Positions 1 to 8,934 of a DNA stretch of 64,000 nucleotides are shown in pieces. The stretch is from positions 1,343-65,342 of the forward strand of contig NZ_CALFHZ010000014.1 in NCBI RefSeq assembly GCF_937876535.1. Direction: 5' to 3'. The position numbers were made by a program, and so were the translations under genes. Every line of letters starts with the position of its first letter. Position 1 is the first letter of the stretch. The notes under the pieces were generated by a model. The model did no database searches and had not been told where the DNA came from. It saw only the letters and a program-made list of their open reading frames with translations. This DNA comes from an uncultured Thiothrix sp. (GTDB taxonomy: Bacteria > Pseudomonadota > Gammaproteobacteria > Thiotrichales > Thiotrichaceae).

Positions 1-89
1 GAAATGCTTTGTGTTCATCAAGCAAAGCGCGGGCGCAACAGGGCAGTCTATGGCCGCCTAGTTGTCTTAATTCGTTGGCACACTCATAA

Positions 90-113
90 ACCGGACATTG
101 CTCCGGTTTTTTT
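90..113 (+). terminator. Rho-independent terminator-like hairpin
   Basis: ACCGGA, a 6-nt loop, then TCCGGT, followed by a run of seven T. It probably ends a transcript that starts left of the window. Confidence 0.5.
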
Positions 114-135
114 ATGCCTTCCACCCCAAAAGATA

Positions 136-633
136 GCTAACGGTAAAGATAATTTCTTCTAAAGCATGGGAACAGGGTAATAAAGGTAATATTTTGATTT
201 TTCATATATAAATCAATTATTTAATCAGTATAAGAATTAAGCAAAAAGTTCTATTTCTTAGGTTTGGCTTGTCAAGAGAATTTTGAGAGTCTGAAAAACG
301 CTTGTAAGTCATTGATTCTTGCAAAAAGAAAATACAAGCCTATAGCGTGGGAACTAGGTAATAAAGGTAATATGGTCTTTTTTCCTATATAAATCATATA
401 CATATAGGGTAATAAAAAAGGTAATATTAGGGTAATAATATTACCCTCTTAAATTACCCCTAATTACCGTCTTATTACCCTGTTATTACCCTAAAAAGGT
501 AATATTTTTAGCTATGCTATCTTATTGATTTTTAAAGCAATACACTGCACAAAAAAAGTCATATTACCTTTATTACCTAGTTCCCGCAGTTGAGAAAGTT
601 TATTTTTTTTGAAGCCCTCTTTTTACCGTTAAC
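136..633. repeat. Iteron-like array of GGTAATA/TATTACC heptamers arranged as nested inverted repeats
   Basis: A 25-nt module GGGAAC..GGTAATAAAGGTAATAT occurs at 168-192 and 349-373 in direct orientation (2 mismatches). A perfect inverted copy lies at 561-585. A perfect 17-nt palindrome GGGTAATAATATTACCC sits at 430-446. The outer arms are TAACGGTAAAGA (138-149) and TCTTTTTACCGTTA (618-631). At least 8 top-strand and about 7 bottom-strand heptamers are present. Confidence 0.8.
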
Positions 634-891
634 AATCTTTGCAATCGCTCAAAATCAGCTAATCAATCAGAAAAATAGTTAATAAATCCTAGTTACTAAT
701 GAACTACTATTGAGGAATCGAACAGAACGGCCAGTACAACAGCTCTACAAACGGATGGAATACAGGAACCAAGGCAAAGCTAGGGAATTGTGCAAAATTG
801 ATAGGTAACTTGGAAAATGTTTGTATTATTGTTTGTATCCATATCAAGGCAATGGAAACAATCGCTATAAAATCAACAGGTTATGTATTTT

Positions 892-915
892 TTCCGAATC
901 CCTCGCTCTCCGCCA
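892..915 (+). other. tRNA 3'-end-like fragment (T-loop, acceptor and CCA); candidate att-core remnant
   Basis: TTCCGAATCCCTCGCTCTCCGCCA resembles a T-loop plus 3' acceptor strand plus CCA. The complementary 5' acceptor strand (GGAGAGC) and the 5' T-stem strand are absent upstream, so this is not an intact tRNA. Confidence 0.4.
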
Positions 916-949
916 TTACATAGGTCAACTAAGACCGAAGACACAGAAA

Positions 950-973
950 GCCCGCATTCTAGCGGGCTTTTTT
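950..973 (+). terminator. Rho-independent terminator
   Basis: GCCCGC, loop, GCGGGC, then six T, immediately after the tRNA-like fragment. Confidence 0.6.
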
Positions 974-1075
974 GTTTCTGCTAGGTTCGATGAATACCAC
1001 TCAGAACGATAGCAGCCAAGAGAGTTTGGGGGTATATTGGGGGGTATAAATAGCTTTCTGTAATTTTGTACCCCC

Positions 1076-1219
1076 ATGTCACTTTCCGATACTGCTATTA
1101 AGAATGCCAAACTTAAAGATAAACCCTATAAGCTTGCTGATAGCAGTGGTTTGTTTTTACTGGTACATTCCAACGGCTCAAAATACTGGCGCTTCAAATA
1201 TCGCTTTGAGGGTCAGTAG
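1076..1219 (+). pseudogene. Truncated P4-type (DUF4102-type N-terminus) tyrosine integrase; only about 47 codons remain before a TAG
   Basis: The hand translation is MSLSDTAIKNAKLKDKPYKLADSSGLFLLVHSNGSKYWRFKYRFEGQ*. This matches the characteristic N-terminus of tRNA-associated island integrases. Weak similarity continues for about 10 codons after the stop and then is lost. Confidence 0.8.
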
Positions 1220-1456
1220 CAGCAACTCATTTTAGGCAAACCTTCTAGGGTTTATTTCTGGCAGAAATACCTAATAACCCTTTATTGAACATTATTCAGA
1301 CAATTTTTTTACTAAATACGTCTTTACAGTGCTCTAGGGAACAACCTACCGCCATCGCTTATTATAGACAGTAGGGGTTCCAAAATTTAGAGTTAAAAAG
1401 TATACAATCAATACAGACACTATTATTACCAGCTTCACTTGTAGAGTGTTTGATTT

Positions 1457-1786
1457 TTAATCCATCGGTACAATAATACGGCTATCTGAGGTGCGTAATT
1501 GAAAACTCCGCGTGCGGGTAATAGTCTTATCATTTTCTGTTAGCGTCGCAACCACCCGATAATCGCCTGCGGGTAAAGTCACATGGGTTGAGTGATACTT
1601 AGCTGAAGTCACTTTAGTATCAGTATCTGTACGATAAACAGTCCAAGAAACATCTTTCATAGCAGGTTGATCATCAAAAGTCGCTACTAAGTTTAAACGC
1701 AGCTCTTGGGCTTGTGCTGGGTTAAACACAAGTACAGAAATCCATGCTGCTGCTATGTAGCGTAAAAGTTTGCCTCGAATGAACAT
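1457..1786 (-). CDS. Small secreted hypothetical protein
   Basis: I chose the ATG at 1786 because AAGGAGG lies 4 nt upstream; the TTG at 1801 overlaps that RBS. A signal peptide ends in AQA-QE. No family recognised. Confidence 0.6.
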   Translation of the reverse strand: MFIRGKLLRYIAAAWISVLVFNPAQAQELRLNLVATFDDQPAMKDVSWTVYRTDTDTKVTSAKYHSTHVTLPAGDYRVVATLTENDKTITRTRSFQLRTSDSRIIVPMD

Positions 1787-1952
1787 ACGGCCTCCTTGCA
1801 ATATGAATTTAAACGAATGCTAATAGTTAGATCGATAAATAGACATTCAGCTTATATTCATTTTAGCGCAAACTAAAATTTTTTTTTCATTTATTAGAAA
1901 AATATTTGACCAAAATGTGACTAATTATGTTTATTTTTTATTTACAGAATAG

Positions 1953-2288
1953 CTAATAGCAGGCTTTGGGTGGAGCTTGTAACAAACTTTCACCTAATAA
2001 ACCCTCAAAATACTGTTGAATGCGGGATTGATGCTCACCAATAATTTGAATGCCTACGCCTTGGGGCAAGCTCCGTACCGCCCCACTAGGCGTAATCCAA
2101 ACTACGCGCCCAGGTACGGAGGCTTTTTGCTTTTCACTGAGTAACTCGACCTGTACTTGTACCCTATCCCCAAAATTTAGAGTTTCTCGAGTTGGCACAA
2201 ATAACCCCCCTCCTTTGAGCATAGGTAAATAGTGATTATGCAGAGCGGTACGATCATTTAAACTAAAAGAAATTTTAATTGGTTCCAT
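1953..2288 (-). CDS. pilZ: PilZ-domain protein (type IV pilus assembly PilZ-like)
   Basis: The sequence is typical of PilZ (LPMLKGGGLFVPT, VVWITP, GVGIQ). Its position downstream of tmk-holB matches Pseudomonas. Confidence 0.8.
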   Translation of the reverse strand: MEPIKISFSLNDRTALHNHYLPMLKGGGLFVPTRETLNFGDRVQVQVELLSEKQKASVPGRVVWITPSGAVRSLPQGVGIQIIGEHQSRIQQYFEGLLGESLLQAPPKACY

Positions 2289-2322
2289 TGTTATGTTTAA
2301 TAATTTAATCGAGGTTCGGCAG

Positions 2323-3276
2323 CTATAGCCACAAACTTAGCATATTTTCCACAAATAAGCGCCCATTCAGTGGATGAGCGGCCAAGGCCTTTAACTCAAG
2401 TAAACGCTCATAAAGCAACCAAATGCCTTGTGATTTTACCAAGTCTCTTAACACACTCGCTACATCACCTGTATCTGTACCCCCTACTTCATGTGTAATT
2501 AGGCCTTTCACCCACAATAATTGCCAGTCTAATAATTCTTGACGATCATGCTTTTCCCATTGGCTAGCGACTTCAGTGATGCTTAAATGCCCTGTTAAAA
2601 CTGATTTAAGTTGATTTAAAAATAAGATTTTCTGTTGTAAACGCTCACTAGCATCTTCTGCAAGAGCTACTAAGGGGCGACCACCGGTTAAGGTTAGTAG
2701 TTCCACGGCCTGTGTAAGGTTCTGCTTCTCGAACCACGCTAAAGACTCTGCTTGTGTCGGCAGAGGTAAACGCAATTGCTGGCAACGACTACGAATCGTT
2801 GGCATTAACGCTGCTATTTTATCTGTGAACAGTAAAATATAGGAATTATCCGCAGGCTCCTCCAAAGACTTTAATAAGCTATTGGCAGCGTTCGTGTTCA
2901 TCGCCTCTGCATTTAAAATCAGAGCAACCCGATTTGGACTATAACTACGGCTCAGTTCTAAAAAACGCTCTAAACCACGGACCTGCTCTACCGTGATCGC
3001 TTGCTTATCTTCTGCTAGTGCTAACAGCATAAAATCGGGGTGTGAATGTGAGGCAAATACCTTACAGCTTCGACAACTGCCACAAGCGTAGCCTTGTTCA
3101 CTGGTGTCTAGGCATAACAAACTTTGAGCCAAAGCATAGACCATTTGCTCATGCCCACAGCCTGTCGAGCCTGTAAATAGCAGAGCATGGGGTAAATGTT
3201 GCTGTTGTCGTGCTAGATGGATTTGTTGCCACATAACTTGATGCCAAGGATAGCTAGCGGCGCTAAGTGGCATCAT
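2323..3276 (-). CDS. holB: DNA polymerase III delta-prime subunit
   Basis: Contains the HALLF.G..G.G motif, a zinc module CGSCRSC and the SRC motif (TIRSRCQ). It overlaps the tmk stop. Confidence 0.9.
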   Translation of the reverse strand: MMPLSAASYPWHQVMWQQIHLARQQQHLPHALLFTGSTGCGHEQMVYALAQSLLCLDTSEQGYACGSCRSCKVFASHSHPDFMLLALAEDKQAITVEQVRGLERFLELSRSYSPNRVALILNAEAMNTNAANSLLKSLEEPADNSYILLFTDKIAALMPTIRSRCQQLRLPLPTQAESLAWFEKQNLTQAVELLTLTGGRPLVALAEDASERLQQKILFLNQLKSVLTGHLSITEVASQWEKHDRQELLDWQLLWVKGLITHEVGGTDTGDVASVLRDLVKSQGIWLLYERLLELKALAAHPLNGRLFVENMLSLWL

Positions 3277-3929
3277 TTAATGGAAGCCTTCACTAAAATA
3301 GCGTCTAAAACATGCTTCAACTGCTGTTGTACTTCAAGTACAGGTTTAGCTGCTTCAATAATTCTATATTGATCAGGATAAAACTTAGCACGCTCTAAAT
3401 AGCCTGTACGGATACGGTCGAAGAACTCACTTTTCTCTTGCTCAAAGCGATCAGTGTTAAGCGCTAACTGCTCAGATCGCGCCCTTACACGCTGCATGCC
3501 AGTTTGTACATCAATATCGAACAATAAGGTATAGTCAGGGCGCAAATCACCTTGTGCCCAAGTTTCTAAAACAGCAATCCGTGCATGGTCTAAACCGCGT
3601 CCATAGCCTTGGTAGGCATAAGTTGCATCGGTAAAACGGTCGCAAATGACCCAATGTCCTACGGCTAAAGCGGGCAGGATCTTCTTCTGCAAGTGCTCAT
3701 TACGGGCTGCAAACATTAAAAGTAACTCAGTGTCAGCGTGCATAGCGGGTAGAGCGCTATCCAGTAAAACGTGGCGAATGGCCTCACTTACCTCAGTTCC
3801 GCCCGGCTCACGAGTTTCTAAAACGGTAATCCCACGCTGCTTTAAAAACTCGCTGATATAAGTGCGGCTGGTGGTTTTACCAGCTCCTTCGCCCCCTTCT
3901 AGAGTAATAAACAGACCTCGTTGGCTCAT
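3273..3929 (-). CDS. tmk: Thymidylate kinase
   Basis: The P-loop is FITLEGGEGAGKTT, with a DRF motif. It is translationally coupled to mltG and holB. Confidence 0.95.
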   Translation of the reverse strand: MSQRGLFITLEGGEGAGKTTSRTYISEFLKQRGITVLETREPGGTEVSEAIRHVLLDSALPAMHADTELLLMFAARNEHLQKKILPALAVGHWVICDRFTDATYAYQGYGRGLDHARIAVLETWAQGDLRPDYTLLFDIDVQTGMQRVRARSEQLALNTDRFEQEKSEFFDRIRTGYLERAKFYPDQYRIIEAAKPVLEVQQQLKHVLDAILVKASIK

Positions 3930-4990
3930 TGGCTAGCAGTTCCTTGTTGGCGTTTTTTGTCATTCGCTAAATATTGGTTCACTGCTTTACGGTGCGCTTC
4001 ATAAGTTTCAGAAAAGAAATGCCGCCCATCACCCGTACCAGTCGCCACAAAATATAAATAATTAGTCTTAGCCGGATGCATCACGGCATCAATAGCCGCT
4101 TTACTAGGGGTCGCTATTGGTGTGGGGGGTAAACCAGTACGGGTGTAAGTATTCCAAGGGGTATCGGTTTCTAGATCTTTTTTACGAATATTGCCATCAT
4201 ACGCATCGCCCATCCCATAGATAACCGCTGGATCAGTTTGTAGCAACATATTTCTTTCTAAACGCGTCAAGAACACACGCGCAATCATAGGACGCTCATC
4301 AGGCATGCCTGTTTCTTTTTCAACTAAGGATGCCAAAATGAGCGCTTGGTAAGGGGTTTTAATCAAAGGATGTGGTTCACGTTGCTCCCAGGCTTTCATT
4401 AAGTAGTCATACATGACTTGATAACTACGCTTAAGCACGTCTACATCCGTCGACCCACGTGGAAAATTGTAAGTATCTGGATAAAACCAACCCTCAGCGG
4501 ATTCACCACTAGCGCCCCCAAGCTTGGGCATTAAATTCTTATAGTCTTCAGCACTCAGTGTTTGTTTGATATTAGGATGAGTTTGTACTGCTTTAACTAA
4601 CTCTTTGAATGTATGCCCTTCAATAATGCCTAATTGATATTGCAAAGTTTTACCTGAAGCTAAACGTGCCAGAAGATCTCCAGTAGTCATGTTGGGCTCT
4701 AAGGCATATTCCCCTGCTTTTAACTTGGATGCTTGTTCAGTAAACCGTGCTTGCGCTAAAAATAAGTACTCCGCAGGAATTACACTGGTTTTAGGCAAAA
4801 TCTCCGCAGCAAGCAATTGCTGGGCGACTTGACGAATATTCGTACCCGCTTTGACCTCAAAGCTTGTAGGCTGATTACTAGGAAGCTGGATAGGCTGTTG
4901 AATAAATGCTTGGTACTGCTGATAAGCAAGGCCAGCTACTATTCCCACCAGAACGACTAAGAATAGAACGAGCTTTAAAAGAAACCGCAT
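3926..4990 (-). CDS. mltG: Endolytic murein transglycosylase MltG (YceG family)
   Basis: An N-terminal TM helix is followed by a YceG-like domain (IIEGHTF, ASLVEKET, LQTDPAVIYG). I prefer the start at 4990 (MRFLLK) over the ORF-track start at 5032, but this is uncertain. Confidence 0.85.
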   Translation of the reverse strand: MRFLLKLVLFLVVLVGIVAGLAYQQYQAFIQQPIQLPSNQPTSFEVKAGTNIRQVAQQLLAAEILPKTSVIPAEYLFLAQARFTEQASKLKAGEYALEPNMTTGDLLARLASGKTLQYQLGIIEGHTFKELVKAVQTHPNIKQTLSAEDYKNLMPKLGGASGESAEGWFYPDTYNFPRGSTDVDVLKRSYQVMYDYLMKAWEQREPHPLIKTPYQALILASLVEKETGMPDERPMIARVFLTRLERNMLLQTDPAVIYGMGDAYDGNIRKKDLETDTPWNTYTRTGLPPTPIATPSKAAIDAVMHPAKTNYLYFVATGTGDGRHFFSETYEAHRKAVNQYLANDKKRQQGTASQ

Positions 4991-5125
4991 GAACAACTCT
5001 CGAAAGGATTGGGCAGAATTAACATAGAACAAAGCCTATGAATTGCCAAGAAAAAGCTTATGAATATTAGTTATTTTAATGCAGAGAAGTAAGCTAAACT
5101 CAGCTTACTTCTTAATTCAAAGCGT

Positions 5126-6370
5126 TTAAATCTTCTTAAAGATCAAGGTGCCGTTAGTACCACCAAAGCCAAAAGAGTTGCTCATAGCTATATTAACAAC
5201 TGTTTCACGCGCAACATTAGGCACGTAATCGAGATCACATTCTGGATCTTGTTGCTGTAAGTTGATGGTTGGAGGGAGTACTTGCTCATAAAGAGCCATA
5301 GCACTAAATACAGCCTCAATGCCACCGGCCGCCCCCAATAGATGACCAGTCATGGATTTAGTAGAGCTGACTGCTGTTTTATACGCATGATCGCCTAACG
5401 CTAGTTTAACCGCGAAGGTCTCAGCCTTATCACCCGCCGGTGTAGAAGTTCCATGTGCGTTGATATAGTCGATTTGATCAGGATTTAAACCAGCATCACG
5501 CATGGCATTGCGCATACAACGTGCAGCACCCTCACCACCTTCGGAAGGCGAAGTCATGTGATAAGCATCACTGCTCATACCATAACCGACTAATTCACAA
5601 TAAATTCTCGCACCACGGGCTTTGGCATGTTCATATTCTTCTAAGACTAAGACACCCGCACCATCACCTAGTACGAAACCATCACGATCAACATCCCAAG
5701 GACGACTTGCAGCTTCAGGATCATCATTACGAGTGGATAAAGCACGTGCAGCAGCAAAGCCGCCAATACCTAAAGGCGTAGAACCCATTTCAGCACCGCC
5801 AGCCACCATGACATCTGCATCACCGTATACAATCATCCGGGCTGCGTCACCAATACTATGGGTCGCGGTTGCGCAAGCAGAAACAATCGACATATTGGGT
5901 CCTTTTAAGCCATACATGATCGAGAGATTGCCAGCTACCATATTAATAATACTAGCGGGAACAAAGAACGGAGAGATTTTCCGCGCGCCCCCATTTAGAA
6001 AAGCGTTATAGTTGCGCTCAATCGTTTGCAAACCACCAATTCCAGAGCCCATCAAGACACCAATGCGCTCAGCATTCGCTTCTGTGACTTCTAGCCCTGA
6101 GTCACGAATTGCATCGACGCCAGCACCAATGCCATAGTGGATAAAGGTATCCATCTTCTTTTGGTCTTTAGGTTTAATATAATCATCAACATTAAAACCT
6201 TTGACATTCCCTGCAATTCGCACACTAAACTCGCTAGCATCGAATAGTTCAGGACTGATGGTATTGATACCGCTTTTACCCGCCTTAATATTGCCCCATG
6301 CACTTTCTAGGGTAGAACCTACAGGAGAGACAATACCTAGACCAGTTACTACTACACGCCTTTTAGACAA
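5126..6370 (-). CDS. fabF: Beta-ketoacyl-ACP synthase II
   Basis: Full-length KAS II with active-site ACATATH, HGTSTP and GHLLGAAG. Confidence 0.95.
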   Translation of the reverse strand: MSKRRVVVTGLGIVSPVGSTLESAWGNIKAGKSGINTISPELFDASEFSVRIAGNVKGFNVDDYIKPKDQKKMDTFIHYGIGAGVDAIRDSGLEVTEANAERIGVLMGSGIGGLQTIERNYNAFLNGGARKISPFFVPASIINMVAGNLSIMYGLKGPNMSIVSACATATHSIGDAARMIVYGDADVMVAGGAEMGSTPLGIGGFAAARALSTRNDDPEAASRPWDVDRDGFVLGDGAGVLVLEEYEHAKARGARIYCELVGYGMSSDAYHMTSPSEGGEGAARCMRNAMRDAGLNPDQIDYINAHGTSTPAGDKAETFAVKLALGDHAYKTAVSSTKSMTGHLLGAAGGIEAVFSAMALYEQVLPPTINLQQQDPECDLDYVPNVARETVVNIAMSNSFGFGGTNGTLIFKKI

Positions 6371-6472
6371 ACTTATATACCTTCATGAAATAGAGATACT
6401 TCTGACCGGAAACCGTAACCCTCACTAGGCAGGGTTACGTGTTTTAGGTAGCTAATCCTTACACTGAGTGGA

Positions 6473-6712
6473 TTAAGCTGAAGTCAGGTTGGCATTAATA
6501 TAATCAATGGCTGCTTGCACAGTAGTGATTTTTTCAGCTTCTTCATCAGGGATTTCTGTACCGAACTCTTCTTCCAGTGCCATCACCAGCTCAACGGTAT
6601 CCAATGAATCCGCACCTAGATCTTCAATAAAAGAAGATGCATTGGTCACTTCAGACTCGTCTACTCCCAACTGCTCGACCACGATAGCTTTGACGCGAGC
6701 TTCAATACTCAT
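6473..6712 (-). CDS. acpP: Acyl carrier protein
   Basis: 79 aa with the [19 protein letters not shown] phosphopantetheine attachment motif. Confidence 0.97.
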   Translation of the reverse strand: MSIEARVKAIVVEQLGVDESEVTNASSFIEDLGADSLDTVELVMALEEEFGTEIPDEEAEKITTVQAAIDYINANLTSA

Positions 6713-6805
6713 GTTTTTAGTTCCTCTAGATTAAAATGCTTGGCATCGAAGGCTTATTGTATTGAAAACATTCGATGCTTGCCAGTTATGCAAAGGCAGA
6801 AATGC

Positions 6806-7561
6806 CTATGCCATATACATTCCACCATTCACATGAATGGTCTCACCCGTTACATACGCCCCCATCGGAGACGCTAAATACAATACAGCCCCTGCAATTT
6901 CCTCAGGTTGCCCCAAGCGTGCTAAGGGAATATTTTGGAAAATCGCTGCACGTTGATCTTCTGATAACTCACGGGTCATATCGGTGTCAATAAAGCCGGG
7001 CGCGACTACGTTCACAGTGATATTTCTTGAGCCTACTTCACGCGCTAGGGATTTAGAAAAACCAACCAAGCCTGCTTTAGCCGCCGCATAATTCGTTTGC
7101 CCTGGATTACCACTTGCGCCAACCACTGAAGAAATAGAAATAATCCGTCCCTTTTTAGCCTTCATCATCTGCCGAATGCAAGCTTTACTCATGCGGAAAA
7201 TAGAAGTGAGATTGGTATTAATAATCGTATCCCACTCTTCATCCTTCATGCGCATCAACAAATTATCGCGGGTAATACCTGCATTATTGACCAGAATACT
7301 AATGCCGCCATACTCTTTGCTTAAAGCCGTCAGGAGAGTATCTATCGAGTCGCTATTACTTACATCCAAAACCTTACCTGCGCCCTGAATACCCACTGCA
7401 GCTAGATAGTCCGTAATAGCTTGTGCGCCTTTATCACTAGTAGCCGTACCAATGACCGTCGCACCCTGCTGACCTAAAGTTTCTGCAATCGCACGCCCAA
7501 TCCCACGACTAGCGCCTGTGACTAGAACTACTTCGCCCTTTAAACTAAATAAATCTGACAC
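6806..7561 (-). CDS. fabG: 3-oxoacyl-ACP reductase
   Basis: SDR family, with TGASRGIGRAIA, NNAGI and YAAAKAG. It sits in the fab operon. Confidence 0.95.
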   Translation of the reverse strand: MSDLFSLKGEVVLVTGASRGIGRAIAETLGQQGATVIGTATSDKGAQAITDYLAAVGIQGAGKVLDVSNSDSIDTLLTALSKEYGGISILVNNAGITRDNLLMRMKDEEWDTIINTNLTSIFRMSKACIRQMMKAKKGRIISISSVVGASGNPGQTNYAAAKAGLVGFSKSLAREVGSRNITVNVVAPGFIDTDMTRELSEDQRAAIFQNIPLARLGQPEEIAGAVLYLASPMGAYVTGETIHVNGGMYMA

Positions 7562-8503
7562 TTATGCCCCCTGACAAAACTTTAAAGCAGCTTCAAGACT
7601 TGGATTATCATTAATACAAATCGCATCCATACGCCGTTCAATACGTCGATTTAAACCAGTTAGTACTTTACCTGGTCCAAACTCAAGCATCACTTTAGCG
7701 CCCTGTTGAACCTGCAAATTACGAATCGTAGTTACCCAACGTACTGGAAGATACAGTTGCTCTGCTAAAGCACTACGAATTCCAGCAGCGTCTTCACGCG
7801 CTAAGCCATCGACATTTTGGAGAACTGTTAATTGACCTGCACCGAAATTAGTTTGACTTAAAGACTGCTCTAATTGAGCGGCAGCTGGCTTCATTAAACT
7901 ACAATGCGAAGGCACACTGACAGCTAATTTAACCGTTTTCTTAGCACCCAATTGATTAGCTATTTCAATTGCACGCTCAATCGCTGCAGCATTACCTGCA
8001 ATCACCACTTGTTCTGGTGAATTAAAATTGACTGCCTCCACAATTTCACCTTGAGCGGCTTGCTCACAAGCAGTCATTACTTGCTCATCGGTTAAACCTA
8101 GAATGGCCGCCATGGCACCCGTACCTTCTGGAACAGCGGCTTGCATTAATTGGGCGCGCTTAGAAACTAGGGCTACCGCTTCAGTAAAATCTAAAACCTC
8201 AGCGGCTACTAAAGCAGAGTACTCACCTAAGCTGTGACCAGCTACAGCTACTGGTAAGCATCCACCTTGAGTTTGCCAAACACGCCAGACAGCAACACCT
8301 GCAGCAAGCATTAAGGGCTGAGTGGTTTCAGTACTATTTAAAGCGCTCTCATCACCCTCTTGAGCTAATTGCCATAAATCACGCCCTAAAACAGTAGATG
8401 CTTGTTCAAAGGTTTGCTTAACAATGGGAAAAGAGGCCGCTAATTCAGCAAGCATGCCTAATGACTGAGACCCTTGCCCAGGGAATAGCCCTGCTATTGC
8501 CAT
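7562..8503 (-). CDS. fabD: Malonyl-CoA:ACP transacylase
   Basis: Contains FPGQGSQ and GHSLGEYSAL. I chose the start at 8503 (MAIAGLFPGQGSQ); the 32-codon upstream extension in the ORF track has no FabD-like sequence. Confidence 0.93.
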   Translation of the reverse strand: MAIAGLFPGQGSQSLGMLAELAASFPIVKQTFEQASTVLGRDLWQLAQEGDESALNSTETTQPLMLAAGVAVWRVWQTQGGCLPVAVAGHSLGEYSALVAAEVLDFTEAVALVSKRAQLMQAAVPEGTGAMAAILGLTDEQVMTACEQAAQGEIVEAVNFNSPEQVVIAGNAAAIERAIEIANQLGAKKTVKLAVSVPSHCSLMKPAAAQLEQSLSQTNFGAGQLTVLQNVDGLAREDAAGIRSALAEQLYLPVRWVTTIRNLQVQQGAKVMLEFGPGKVLTGLNRRIERRMDAICINDNPSLEAALKFCQGA

Positions 8504-8682
8504 GACTGACTCCAGAATTAAAAACAGAAATTGTTGTCCAATGCATAAATTGGCGCCTATGCTAATAGAATTTGCTAAGCAAATCACGCAGCTTGACAAA
8601 AAGAACTTGTCATCTGGCAGAATGGCAGGATAATACGCGCTTCATTGAAATTTTTGCAGATTAACCCTGTAGCAAAGGAATT

Positions 8683-8901
8683 ATGGCGAGAGAAGATTAT
8701 ATTGAAATGGAAGGAACGGTAATTGACACTTTACCGAATACTACTTTCCGTGTGAAGTTAGATAATGAACATATTGTAATGGCTCATATCTCTGGTCGGA
8801 TGCGTAAAAACTATATCCGTATTTTGACGGGTGACCGTGTCACCGTACAGTTAACGCCTTATGATTTAACCAAAGGCCGGATTAGTTATCGTAGCAGATA
8901 A
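8683..8901 (+). CDS. infA: Translation initiation factor IF-1
   Basis: 72 aa, a near-canonical IF-1 S1 fold ([26 protein letters not shown]). Confidence 0.97.
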   Translation: MAREDYIEMEGTVIDTLPNTTFRVKLDNEHIVMAHISGRMRKNYIRILTGDRVTVQLTPYDLTKGRISYRSR

Positions 8902-8925
8902 GGCTAGGAGTTAAGACTCCCAGCC
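8902..8925. terminator. Hairpin between the convergent infA and clpA genes (possible bidirectional terminator)
   Basis: GGCTAGGAGT, loop TAAG, ACTCCCAGCC, with 9 of 10 pairs. There is no clear T-tract. Confidence 0.35.
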
Positions 8926-8934
8926 CTATACGGT

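Noticed and set aside
1-89. Possible 3' end of a tmRNA or other structured RNA preceding the terminator at 90-113.
   Set aside because: There is no tRNA-like CCA end or recognisable tag reading frame or pseudoknot pattern. It could equally be the 3' end of a protein gene, with frame 2 ending ...SMAA* at 59-61. This is undecidable from the window.
136-633. Possibility that the repeat region is a CRISPR array.
   Set aside because: The repeats are 7-25 nt, occur in both orientations and have irregular spacing, with no uniform unique spacers. That pattern fits iterons or operators, not CRISPR.
700-790. Minus-strand GTTCGATTCC motif suggesting a tRNA T-arm.
   Set aside because: The flanking bases cannot form a T-stem or an acceptor stem, so no cloverleaf can be built.
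821-1110. ORFs 821-1012 (+) and 925-1110 (-).
   Set aside because: They run through the tRNA-like fragment and a rho-independent terminator and overlap each other. Their composition and lack of an RBS suggest chance ORFs in island debris.
5521-6428. Several plus- and minus-strand ORFs inside or opposite fabF (5521-5781, 5622-6011, 6091-6303, 6201-6428).
   Set aside because: They lie antisense to, or out of frame within, a highly conserved gene and have biased low-complexity composition (His/Ser/Pro-rich). These are typical shadow ORFs.
8504-8599. 32-codon N-terminal extension of fabD.
   Set aside because: FabD proteins begin close to the FPGQGSQ motif. The extension is hydrophobic and Cys-rich and looks like read-through of the promoter region.
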